Source: Cereibacter sphaeroides 2.4.1 (GTDB taxonomy: Bacteria > Pseudomonadota > Alphaproteobacteria > Rhodobacterales > Rhodobacteraceae). Taken from it: 32,000 bases of DNA. Made by a program: the position numbers and the translations under genes. The DNA is taken from the NCBI RefSeq assembly GCF_000012905.2, contig NC_007493.2:330001-362000 (forward strand), in the 5' to 3' direction. Numbering within the stretch: the first letter of the stretch is position 1; the number at the start of each line of letters is the position of its first letter. This document shows, piece after piece, positions 1-7,803 of this stretch. The notes below the pieces were generated by a model that saw nothing but the letters and a program-made list of their open reading frames with translations, was not told where the DNA came from and ran no database searches.

Positions 1-723
1 GTCACGAACCGCTACACCGCCCTGCCGAACCCGGTCTTCAGCCGCGAGCTGGGCTGGCTCGATCTCGGCCTCTTCTACGTCAACATGGATGTGCTGGCGG
101 TGATCGGGGCCATCATCGCGGGCTGGTTCATCAACCGCAGCGTCAAGGCGCGCGCCACCCGCATTCAGGAGGCCACGGGCGAGCGTCCGGCGACCTGGTG
201 GTCGTCGCTGCTCCTGCTCGTCGGACTGCCGGTGGCGGTGCTGCTGGCGCTCGGCTTCCATCTCGAGTTCCCCGAGCTCCGCGGCTTCAACTTCGTCGGC
301 GGCCTGAACGTCTCGAACTCCTTCATGGCGCTCTGGCTGGCGCTCTCGCTCTATACCGGTGCCTTCATCGCCGAGATCGTGCGGGGGGGCATCCTCGCCG
401 TCTCGCGCGGCCAGTCCGAGGCGGCCTTTGCGCTCGGCCTGCGGCCGGGGCGGACGATGAACCTCGTGATCCTGCCGCAGGCGCTCCGGGTCATCATCCC
501 GCCGCTCATCTCGCAATATCTGAACCTCACGAAGAACTCCTCGCTGGCCATCGCCGTGGGCTATCTCGACCTCCGCGGCACGCTGGGCGGCATCACGCTG
601 AACCAGACCGGGCGCGAGCTCGAATGCGTGCTGCTGATGATGCTGATCTATCTTGCCATCAGCCTCGTCATTTCGGGGGTGATGAACGTCTACAACTCGG
701 CCGTGAAGCTGAAGGAGCGCTGA
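1..723 (+). CDS. aapQ: Polar/general L-amino-acid ABC transporter permease, C-terminal part (5' end lies upstream of the window)
   Basis: Frame 1 is open from base 1 (VTNRYTALPNPVFSRELGW...) to TGA 721-723. Track ORF 85-723 is only the part after an internal Met. It has the EAA-type permease loop SRGQSEAAFALGLRPGRTMNLVILPQALRVIIPPL and several hydrophobic TM segments. A second permease follows 1 nt later, then the ATPase (aapQMP/bztBCD order). Confidence 0.85.
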   Translation, partial: VTNRYTALPNPVFSRELGWLDLGLFYVNMDVLAVIGAIIAGWFINRSVKARATRIQEATGERPATWWSSLLLLVGLPVAVLLALGFHLEFPELRGFNFVGGLNVSNSFMALWLALSLYTGAFIAEIVRGGILAVSRGQSEAAFALGLRPGRTMNLVILPQALRVIIPPLISQYLNLTKNSSLAIAVGYLDLRGTLGGITLNQTGRELECVLLMMLIYLAISLVISGVMNVYNSAVKLKER

Positions 724-724
724 G

Positions 725-2053
725 ATGAGCGATACCCACGCCCAGACCGTGCCCTTCGTCCGCGAGACCATGCTGCCGCCGGTGGCCCCGCCTGCGAACG
801 AGGCGGGCGTCGTCAGCTGGATGCGCCAGAACCTGTTCTCGGGGCCGCTCAACATCGCGCTGACGGTGCTCGGCCTCGTCGCCATCTACTATGTCCTCGA
901 AGGCATCGTGCCGTGGCTCATGCGGTCGGTCTGGACGGCGGACACGCTCGCCCAGTGCCGCCAGATCATCACCGAGCGCTGGGGCGAGGGGGCCACCGGC
1001 GCCTGCTGGGCGGTGATCCGGGAACGCTGGCCGCAGTTCCTCTACGGCTTCTATCCGAACCACCTCTACTGGCGGCCGACGCTGACCTTCCTGCTGCTGT
1101 TCGTGGCGCTGGCGCCGATCCTGTTCGCGCAGGTGCCGCGCCAGATGCTGTGGTTCAGCCTTGCCTATCCGTTCCTCGCCTTCTGGCTGCTCTGGGGCGG
1201 CTCGATCTTCCTGCCGCTGGTGGCGGCGGCGGGCTTCCTGTTCGGCTGGCTGGCCTACAGGCTCGCCGCCCGGTTCGGCACCATCGCGGCAGTGGCAGCG
1301 GCGGCACTCGTCCCCGTGCTGTGGTGGCTTTTCCTCGCGGGCGACGTGTCCGACGATCTGGCGCGGCTCACCGGCCGCAGCTTCCCGCTCTGGCTCGAGG
1401 AGGTGCGCTCGGACAAGTTCGGCGGCTTCGTCCTCGCCGTCACCATCGGCGTCTCGGGCATCGCCCTCTCGCTTCCGCTGGGCATCATCCTCGCGCTCGG
1501 GCGGCGGTCGGACATGTTCCTCATCAAGGCGCTGTCGGTCTCGTTCATCGAGTTCATCCGCGGCGTGCCGCTCATCGCGCTGCTCTTCACCGCCTCGCTC
1601 CTGCTGAACTACTTCCTGCCGCCCGGCACCACCTTCGACATCATCCTGCGGGTCATCATCATGGTGACGCTCTTCGCCGCGGCCTATATCGCCGAGGTGA
1701 TCCGGGGCGGGCTCGCCGCCCTGCCGCGCGGGCAGTACGAGGCGGCCGACGCCCTCGGGCTCGACTACTGGAAGGCGCAGCGGCTCATCATTCTGCCGCA
1801 GGCGCTGAAGATCTCGATCCCCGGCATCGTCTCGACCTTCATCGGCATGTTCAAGGACACCACGCTCGTCGTCTTCGTGGGCCTGCTCGATCCGCTGAAG
1901 GGCATCACCGACGCCGTGCGCGCCTCGACCGACTGGAAGGGCATCTACTGGGAGCCCTACATCTTCGTGGGCCTGATCTTCTTCGCCTTCAACTTCGCCA
2001 TGTCGCGCTATTCGATGCATCTCGAGCGCCGGCTGAAGACCGACCATCGCTAA
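725..2053 (+). CDS. aapM: Polar/general L-amino-acid ABC transporter permease (second subunit)
   Basis: 442-aa ORF. ATG 725 lies 1 nt after the aapQ stop (TGAGATG). It has a long multi-TM N-terminal half and a C-terminal permease domain with the EAA loop LPRGQYEAADALGLDYWKAQRLIILPQALKISIPGIV. Confidence 0.88.
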   Translation: MSDTHAQTVPFVRETMLPPVAPPANEAGVVSWMRQNLFSGPLNIALTVLGLVAIYYVLEGIVPWLMRSVWTADTLAQCRQIITERWGEGATGACWAVIRERWPQFLYGFYPNHLYWRPTLTFLLLFVALAPILFAQVPRQMLWFSLAYPFLAFWLLWGGSIFLPLVAAAGFLFGWLAYRLAARFGTIAAVAAAALVPVLWWLFLAGDVSDDLARLTGRSFPLWLEEVRSDKFGGFVLAVTIGVSGIALSLPLGIILALGRRSDMFLIKALSVSFIEFIRGVPLIALLFTASLLLNYFLPPGTTFDIILRVIIMVTLFAAAYIAEVIRGGLAALPRGQYEAADALGLDYWKAQRLIILPQALKISIPGIVSTFIGMFKDTTLVVFVGLLDPLKGITDAVRASTDWKGIYWEPYIFVGLIFFAFNFAMSRYSMHLERRLKTDHR

Positions 2054-2065
2054 GGAACCGAACCC

Positions 2066-2854
2066 ATGTCCGAAGCCATCGAACGCGCCATCGACCGCAG
2101 CCACATGCAGGTGAGCGACGAGGTCGCCATCCAGATCAGCCAGATGAACAAGTGGTACGGCAGTTTCCACGTCCTGCGCGACGTGAACATGACCGTCCAC
2201 AAGGGCGAGCGGATCGTGATCTGCGGCCCCTCCGGCTCGGGGAAATCCACCCTGATCCGCTGCATCAACCGCCTCGAGGAGCACCAGTCCGGCCAGATCG
2301 TCGTGGACGGGATCGAGCTCACCTCGGACCTCAAGAACATCGACAAGGTGCGCTCCGAGGTCGGGATGGTGTTCCAGCACTTCAACCTCTTCCCGCATCT
2401 GACGATTCTGGAGAACTGCACCCTCGCGCCGATCTGGGTCCGCAAGACCCCGAAGAAGGAAGCCGAAGAGGTGGCGATGCACTACCTCAAGAAGGTCAAG
2501 ATCCCCGAGCAGGCGCACAAATATCCGGGCCAGCTCTCGGGCGGGCAGCAGCAGCGGGTGGCGATCGCGCGCTCGCTCTGCATGAAACCCCGCATCATGC
2601 TCTTCGACGAGCCGACCTCGGCGCTCGACCCCGAGATGATCAAGGAGGTGCTCGACACGATGATCGAGCTGGCGGAAGAGGGGATGACCATGCTCTGCGT
2701 GACCCACGAGATGGGCTTCGCGCAGGCGGTGGCGAACCGGGTGATCTTCATGGACCAGGGCCAGATCGTCGAGCAGAACGAGCCGGGCGAGTTCTTCCGC
2801 AACCCGAAGTCGGAACGCACGAAGCTCTTCCTCAGCCAGATCCTCGGACACTGA
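2066..2854 (+). CDS. aapP: Amino-acid ABC transporter ATP-binding protein
   Basis: 262 aa. Walker [13 protein letters not shown] signature [15 protein letters not shown], Walker [14 protein letters not shown]-loop [16 protein letters not shown] about 8 nt upstream of ATG 2066. Confidence 0.95.
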   Translation: MSEAIERAIDRSHMQVSDEVAIQISQMNKWYGSFHVLRDVNMTVHKGERIVICGPSGSGKSTLIRCINRLEEHQSGQIVVDGIELTSDLKNIDKVRSEVGMVFQHFNLFPHLTILENCTLAPIWVRKTPKKEAEEVAMHYLKKVKIPEQAHKYPGQLSGGQQQRVAIARSLCMKPRIMLFDEPTSALDPEMIKEVLDTMIELAEEGMTMLCVTHEMGFAQAVANRVIFMDQGQIVEQNEPGEFFRNPKSERTKLFLSQILGH

Positions 2855-2877
2855 GAGGGGCTTCTGCCGAATTCATG

Positions 2878-2907
2878 GGCGCCATCCGCAGGGGTGGCGC
2901 CTTTTTC
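2878..2907 (+). terminator. Rho-independent terminator of the aapQMP operon
   Basis: GGCGCCA (2878-2884) / TGGCGCC (2895-2901) 7-bp stem with a 10-nt loop, directly followed by TTTTT (2902-2906). It starts 24 nt after the aapP stop. Confidence 0.7.
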
Positions 2908-3063
2908 GTGCCTCTGCCCCATTTTCGGGCAAACCCCGGCCGGAGAGACCCGCGCGCCTGCGACGGCGGGAGAGGTCTTGCGCGCGCCCGAGGTTGCTAT
3001 CGTTCCGGTGAGACAAGCCGCCCGCCCGCGAGGAGGGACGGGCGTTCAGAAAGGGACAAGCAC

Positions 3064-3432
3064 ATGGCCAACATCACCTTCACCTCGCCGATCATGCACG
3101 GGCCCAAGACGGTCTATGCCGTGGCGGGCGACACCAAGACCATTCTCGCCGTCGCCGAGGAGCACCGGATCCCGATCCCGTTCGACTGCAAGGACGGCAA
3201 CTGCGCGTCCTGCCTCATCGAAGTGACCTACGAGGAACCCTCGCTGCGCAAGGGCATCACGCTCACCGAGAAGGAGAAGGCCAAGCTGCGCGAGCTGGGC
3301 AAGATCACCGCACAGGAGATCCAGGATGCGGAGGTGCTCGACCTTCCGCCGCGCTACCGGCTGGCCTGCCAGTTCATCGCGCGCGACGAGAACGTGACGG
3401 TGGCCTTCTCCGGCGAGCCCGGCGGCGCCTGA
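3064..3432 (+). CDS. [2Fe-2S] ferredoxin-like protein (plant-type Cys motif with an insertion)
   Basis: This is the last 122 codons of track ORF 913-3432. The in-frame ATG 3064 is preceded by AAGGGA (3051-3056). Cys42-x4-Cys47-x2-Cys50 ... Cys102 (FDCKDGNCASCLIEV ... RLACQF), with GC3-rich codon usage. The rest of the 839-aa track ORF is an Arg/Pro/Gly-rich out-of-frame shadow of aapM/aapP. Confidence 0.8.
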   Translation: MANITFTSPIMHGPKTVYAVAGDTKTILAVAEEHRIPIPFDCKDGNCASCLIEVTYEEPSLRKGITLTEKEKAKLRELGKITAQEIQDAEVLDLPPRYRLACQFIARDENVTVAFSGEPGGA

Positions 3433-3740
3433 GCCGGAGCGGCGCCCGGCCTGCCGCGCCTGCCTGCGGCGGGCCCACGGGCCTTGACAGGTGACCCGCG
3501 GCGCGGGATGAAACGGGATCTCCCCGGGCTTTTCCGGGCCGGGGCCGGGCCGAGGGCCATCACAGGCCGCCTTCGCCGCGGTACAAATGCCGGACATGAC
3601 CGGCAGGAAAGCGCACGCGACGATGGCGTCGTCGCGCGGAGGTCCGCCTCCGGTGCTGGCGGGGGCAACCCCGTGTCCGTCCTGTACGCCGGGACTCCTG
3701 AGGGGTCCCGTTCAGCGGGCCCCAGTCGATGAGGTCCGAG

Positions 3741-4946
3741 ATGGAACGTCCCGAAAACTACCGTTTCCACAATGGCGAGAAGGCCGCGCTGCCCTTCCCG
3801 CCCGAGGAATACGAGGCCCGGCTCGAGGGCCTGCGCGACCTGATGGAGCTGCATTCGCTCGACGCGGTCGTGCTGACCTCGATGCACAACGTGGCCTACT
3901 ATTCCGGCTTCCTCTACCTGTCGTTCGGCCGCCCCTACGCCTGTGTGGTCACTCCCACCGACTGCGTCACGGTCAGTGCGGGCATCGATGCCGGTCAGCC
4001 CTGGCGGCGGAGCGTGGGCGACAACATCACCTACACCGACTGGCAGCGCGACAACTTCTGGCGGACGGTCGCGCAGGTCACCGGCACGGGCCGGGCCATC
4101 GGCTGCGAAGCGGACCATCTGACCATGGTGCAGGCCGAGAAGCTGAACGCCTTCCTTAGGCCCTCGCGCGGCATGGACATCGCCCCCGGCACGATGGCGC
4201 AGCGGATGCTGAAATCTCCCGCAGAGATCGCGCTCATCCGACACGGCGCGCAGGTGGCGGATGTGGGCGGTTACGCCATCCGCGACGCGATCCGCGAGGG
4301 CGCGACCGAGCTCGAGATCGCCATGGCGGGGCGCGACGCAATGGAGCGCGAGATCGCCGCCCGCTTCCCCGAGGCCGAATATCGCGACAGCTGGGTCTGG
4401 TTCCAGTCGGGCCCGAACACCGACGGTGCGCACAACCCGGTGACGAACCGGGCGCTCCGGCGCGGTGACATCCTCTCGCTCAACTGCTTTCCGATGATCT
4501 CGGGCTATTACACCGCGCTCGAACGCACGCTGTTTCTGGGCGAGGTGGACGATGCCAGCCTGAAGATCTGGGAGGCGAATGTCGCCGCCCATGAATATGG
4601 CATCTCGCTGCTTCAGCCGGGGGCCTCCTGTGCCGACGTGACGGCGAAGCTCAACGCCTTCCTCGAAGAGCGCGACCTCCTGCGCTACCGCACCTTCGGC
4701 TACGGCCATTCCTTCGGCCTGCTCTCGCACTACTACGGCCGCGAGGCGGGGCTGGAACTGCGCGAGGATATCGAGACGGTGCTCGAGCCCGGCATGGTGA
4801 TCTCGATGGAGCCGATGCTGACGCTCGGCGCAGGCCAGCCCGGCGCGGGCGGCTACCGCGAGCACGACATCCTCGTCATCACCGAGAAGGGGCCCGAGAA
4901 CATCACGGGCTATCCCTACGGCCCCGGCTTCAACGTGGTGGGCTGA
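3741..4946 (+). CDS. Creatinase (creatine amidinohydrolase), M24 pita-bread fold family
   Basis: ORF 3729-4946. I prefer ATG 3741 (MERPENYRFHNGEK...) because GAGG (3731-3734) sits 6 nt upstream, whereas ATG 3729 has no SD. Motifs recalled for creatinases: NVAYYSGFLYLSFGRPYA, FQSGPNTDGAHNPVT, ILSLNCFPMISGYYTALERT, YRTFGYGHSFGLLSHYYGREAGLELRED, GAGGYREHD. Confidence 0.8.
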   Translation: MERPENYRFHNGEKAALPFPPEEYEARLEGLRDLMELHSLDAVVLTSMHNVAYYSGFLYLSFGRPYACVVTPTDCVTVSAGIDAGQPWRRSVGDNITYTDWQRDNFWRTVAQVTGTGRAIGCEADHLTMVQAEKLNAFLRPSRGMDIAPGTMAQRMLKSPAEIALIRHGAQVADVGGYAIRDAIREGATELEIAMAGRDAMEREIAARFPEAEYRDSWVWFQSGPNTDGAHNPVTNRALRRGDILSLNCFPMISGYYTALERTLFLGEVDDASLKIWEANVAAHEYGISLLQPGASCADVTAKLNAFLEERDLLRYRTFGYGHSFGLLSHYYGREAGLELREDIETVLEPGMVISMEPMLTLGAGQPGAGGYREHDILVITEKGPENITGYPYGPGFNVVG

Positions 4947-4981
4947 GGGGGCTCTCGCCCGGGGCAGGGCGGGCCGCGCGC

Positions 4982-5003
4982 GCAGGCGGTGCGGTCCGCC
5001 TGC
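4982..5003 (+). terminator. Possible terminator hairpin after the creatinase gene (no U-tract)
   Basis: GCAGGCGG (4982-4989) / CCGCCTGC (4996-5003), 8-bp stem with a 6-nt loop, 36 nt after the stop. It is followed by AAGCTCAT, so it is a weak intrinsic terminator at best. Confidence 0.3.
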
Positions 5004-5130
5004 AAGCTCATGACCCATCGCAGGCTGCGGCGGGCCGGACCACAGGCGGCCTGCCGCGTCATGCCGTCATGTGCGCCGTCGATCTTGCCGCGTCGGCCTC
5101 CACGACGGCGGCAGTCCGAGCGTTGCAGAA

Positions 5131-5159
5131 CCGTCATCCGTCCGTCATGCGGGCTTCAT
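5131..5159 (+). promoter_or_regulatory. Pho-box-like element: three 7-bp direct repeats at 11-bp spacing
   Basis: CCGTCAT (5131-5137) ccgt CCGTCAT (5142-5148) gcgg GCTTCAT (5153-5159). This matches the CTGTCAT-N4-CTGTCAT PhoB-box architecture at 6/7, 6/7 and 5/7 positions. It ends 43 nt upstream of ATG 5203 of a secreted phytase-like protein. More degenerate copies (GCGTCAT, CCGTCAT, CCGTCGA) lie at 5056-5082. Confidence 0.5.
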
Positions 5160-5202
5160 CCAAAGCGGCCATCCCTCGGCCGAACGACAAGAGGGATGCT
5201 CC

Positions 5203-7374
5203 ATGTCCATGAAACTCGCCGGGATGACCTCGGCCCTTGCGCTGGCCGCGGCCGCGCCGGTGCTGGCAGAGACCAGCTTCAACCGCATCGCGACCTTCGC
5301 CACCACCGCCAACATGGCCGCGGGCGAGGACACGAGCCGCCCGACTTCGGCCGAGATCGTCTCGGTGTCCGAGGACGGACTGACGCTGATCTACACCGAC
5401 AGCCCGCTGGGAGTGGTGGGCCTCATCGACATCACCGATCCCGAGGCGCCGAAGCCGCTCGGCACTATCGCCATGGGCGGAGAGCCCACCACGGCCGTGA
5501 TCGCGGGTGCGCGCGCCTATGTCGCCGTCAATACCTCCGAGAGCTATACGGCGCCCTCGGGCAAGCTCGTGACCGTGGATCTCGAGAGCCGCAAGGAGGT
5601 GGCCTCCTGCGATCTCGGCGGCCAGCCCGACTCGGTCGCCAAGGCGCCGGACGGCTCGTTCCTCGCCATCGCCATCGAGAACGAGCGCGACGAGGAGGTG
5701 AACGACGGAGCCCTGCCGCAGATGCCCGCGGGATTCCTCGTGAAGCTGCCGCTGACCGAGGCGGGGGCCGACTGCGCGGCCCTCGAGCGGATCGATCTGA
5801 CCGGCCTCGCCGCCATCGCGCCCGAGGATCCCGAGCCGGAGTTCGTCTCGGTCAACGAGGCCGGCGACATTGCCGTGACGCTGCAGGAGAACAACGAGGT
5901 GGTGATCGTCGCGGCCGACGGCACGATCAGCCATTTCCCGGCCGGCACGGTCGATCTCGACGGGATCGACACGAAGAAGGACGGCCGCCTCTCCTTCACC
6001 GACCGTCAGGAGGGCCGCCTGCGCGAGCCCGACGGGATCAAGTGGATCGGCACCGACCATCTCGCCACCGCCAACGAGGGCGACTGGAACGGCGGTGCGC
6101 GCGGCTGGACGATCTTCTCGCGCGACGGGCAGGTGGTCTGGGAGGCGGGCGCGAGCCTCGAGCGCGCCATCGCCGCCATCGGCCATTATCCCGAGCACCG
6201 GTCGAAGTCGAAGGGGGTCGAGGTGGAGTCGGTCGAGGTGGCGAGCTTCGGCGGCACGCCCCTCGCGTTCGTGGCCTCCGAGCGCGCCTCGGTGGTGGCG
6301 GTCTACGACCTGACCGATCCGTCGGCGCCGCGCCTCCTCCAGATCCTGCCTTCGGGCATCTCGCCGGAAGGCGTGGTGGCGATCCCCGGGCGCGACCTCC
6401 TCGTGACCGCGAACGAGGCCGACCTGCGCGAGGACGGCGGCGCGCCCGCCCATGTGATGATCTACCGGCGGGGCGAAGGCCCTGCGGCCTATCCCACCCT
6501 CACCTCCGAGGGCAGCGACCCGCTCATCGGCTGGGGCGCCCTGTCGGCGCTCGCCGCCGACGCCCGGACGCCGGGTCAGCTCTGGGCCGTCTCGGACAGC
6601 GTCTATTCGATGGCGCCCACGATCTACCGGATCGACGCGACCGCCACCCCCGCGCGCATCACGGAGGCGATCCCGGTCACGCGGATGGGCCAGCCCGCCC
6701 AGAAGCTCGACCTCGAAGGGATCGCGACCGATGGCGAGGGCGGCTTCTGGCTCGCCTCCGAGGGCAACAGTGCCAAGCTCGTGCCCCACGCGATCTACCA
6801 TGTCGACGGCAAGGGCCGGATCGACGAGGAGATCCCGTTTCCGGCCGAGCTTCTGGCGGGCGAGACCCGCTTCGGCCTCGAGGGGATCGCGAAGGTGGGC
6901 GACGTGCTCTGGATGGCCGTGCAGCGCGAGTGGAAGGACGATCCGAAGGGGCAGGTGAAGCTTCTGGCCTACGACCTCGGAGATGAAAGCTGGGGCGCCG
7001 TGCGCTACCCGCTCGACGCGCCGGCGGAAGGTGCCTGGATGGGGCTGTCGGAGCTGACCGTCCACGGCGACTGGGCCTGGCTCATCGAGCGCGACAACCG
7101 GGTGGCCGACGCGGGGGCGGCGAAGCGTCTGACCCGCGTGGCCCTGTCGGACCTGAAGCCCGCGCCGCTCGGCTCGGAGCTGCCGCTGGTGAAGAAGGAG
7201 GTCGTCCGCGATCTGGTGCCCGATCTTCAGCGGCTGAACGGCTATGTCCCCGACAAGGTCGAAGGCTTCGCCATCGATGCGGCGGGCACGGGCTATTTCG
7301 TCACCGACAATGACGGCACCGACGATGCCTCGGGCGAGACCCTGTTCTGGAGCGTGGATCAGCTTCCGGAATGA
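5203..7374 (+). CDS. Secreted two-domain protein: N-terminal beta-propeller-like (choice-of-anchor-I-like) region plus C-terminal phytase-like esterase domain; probable phosphate-scavenging enzyme
   Basis: In-frame ATG 5203 within track ORF 5071-7374, with GAGGGA at 5191-5196. Sec signal peptide MSMKLAGMTSALALAAAAPVLA/ETS. The N-terminal ~440 aa show repeated blade-like segments (DSVAKAPDGSFLAIAIENE, PEFVSVNEAGDIAVTLQENNEVVIV, GVVAIPGRDLLVTANEAD). The C-terminal ~250 aa carry motifs I associate with the esterase-like-activity-of-phytase domain (DLEGIATDGEGGFWLASEG, KVEGFAIDAAGTGYFVTDNDG). Family names are from memory of motifs, not from a search. Confidence 0.75.
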   Translation: MSMKLAGMTSALALAAAAPVLAETSFNRIATFATTANMAAGEDTSRPTSAEIVSVSEDGLTLIYTDSPLGVVGLIDITDPEAPKPLGTIAMGGEPTTAVIAGARAYVAVNTSESYTAPSGKLVTVDLESRKEVASCDLGGQPDSVAKAPDGSFLAIAIENERDEEVNDGALPQMPAGFLVKLPLTEAGADCAALERIDLTGLAAIAPEDPEPEFVSVNEAGDIAVTLQENNEVVIVAADGTISHFPAGTVDLDGIDTKKDGRLSFTDRQEGRLREPDGIKWIGTDHLATANEGDWNGGARGWTIFSRDGQVVWEAGASLERAIAAIGHYPEHRSKSKGVEVESVEVASFGGTPLAFVASERASVVAVYDLTDPSAPRLLQILPSGISPEGVVAIPGRDLLVTANEADLREDGGAPAHVMIYRRGEGPAAYPTLTSEGSDPLIGWGALSALAADARTPGQLWAVSDSVYSMAPTIYRIDATATPARITEAIPVTRMGQPAQKLDLEGIATDGEGGFWLASEGNSAKLVPHAIYHVDGKGRIDEEIPFPAELLAGETRFGLEGIAKVGDVLWMAVQREWKDDPKGQVKLLAYDLGDESWGAVRYPLDAPAEGAWMGLSELTVHGDWAWLIERDNRVADAGAAKRLTRVALSDLKPAPLGSELPLVKKEVVRDLVPDLQRLNGYVPDKVEGFAIDAAGTGYFVTDNDGTDDASGETLFWSVDQLPE

Positions 7375-7383
7375 ACCTGACAC

Positions 7384-7407
7384 GGCCCCCCGGTGCGCCG
7401 GGGGGCC
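7384..7407 (+). terminator. GC hairpin immediately after the phytase-like gene
   Basis: GGCCCCCCGG (7384-7393) tgcg CCGGGGGGCC (7398-7407), a perfect 10-bp stem 10 nt after the stop. There is no clear U-tract (ACTTCC). Confidence 0.45.
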
Positions 7408-7803
7408 ACTTCCGGGACTGGCGGCGCGTGCGGGGATGCTCGCCCCTCCCGTCCCCTTCGGGGCAGACCTCGCCCGCCCGGCGCAGGTGGCGTGCCGGGG
7501 TCCGGCCCCGCGCTTCGCAGAAAGCGGGCCGCGTGGCCCCCGTTCTCCACCGAGCTGCTCCCCGCGCATCCGCCAGTTGAGTCGCACAAGCGTCACCTCC
7601 GACCATCGGGAGGGGCCGTCCCCGGGGAAGAAGGTCTCGCTTCGGGGCCGGAGCGCGCCTGTTTTCCCGCGCGAGGGCCGAAATTGGGTCGGAAGTGGAC
7701 CCGACGGGCCACGGTTGCGGCCTTCCTGCGCCGGGGGACTTGACGGGATCGCGTGCGCCATGTCCGATCGATCGGATTTCCCGCCCCTCCAGATGGATTG
7801 ATC

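Noticed and set aside
668-2851. 727-aa minus-strand ORF antisense to aapM/aapP. Similar giants occur at 5134-7761 (-), 12912-15968 (+), 16415-17992 (+), 18567-20417 (+), 25697-27235 (-) and 30505-31974 (-).
   Set aside because: They are shadow ORFs typical of about 68% GC DNA. The products are dominated by Arg/Gly/Ala/Pro/Asp/His runs, with no recognisable motifs and no SD. Each exactly overlaps a gene on the other strand that has clear family signatures and the expected GC3 bias.
913-3063. The first 717 codons of the 839-aa plus-strand ORF 913-3432, which could be read as one large protein ending in a ferredoxin domain.
   Set aside because: The upstream part is an out-of-frame overlap of aapM/aapP, and its product is Arg/Pro/Gly/Ala/His-rich. 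It also crosses the aapP terminator (2878-2907) and the intergenic region. Only the last 122 codons, from ATG 3064 with an SD, look like a gene.
3700-3750. GAGGGGTCCCG ... GGTCCGAGATGG upstream of and overlapping the creatinase start. It resembles the conserved AGGGUUCCG / GGUCCGAGAG blocks of the guanidine-I (ykkC) riboswitch.
   Set aside because: The second block contains the SD (GAGG) and the start codon itself. The remaining conserved ykkC segments (ACACGG...GGGA) would have to lie inside the coding sequence, and I did not see them. The resemblance is most likely coincidental. A cmscan with RF00442 would settle it.
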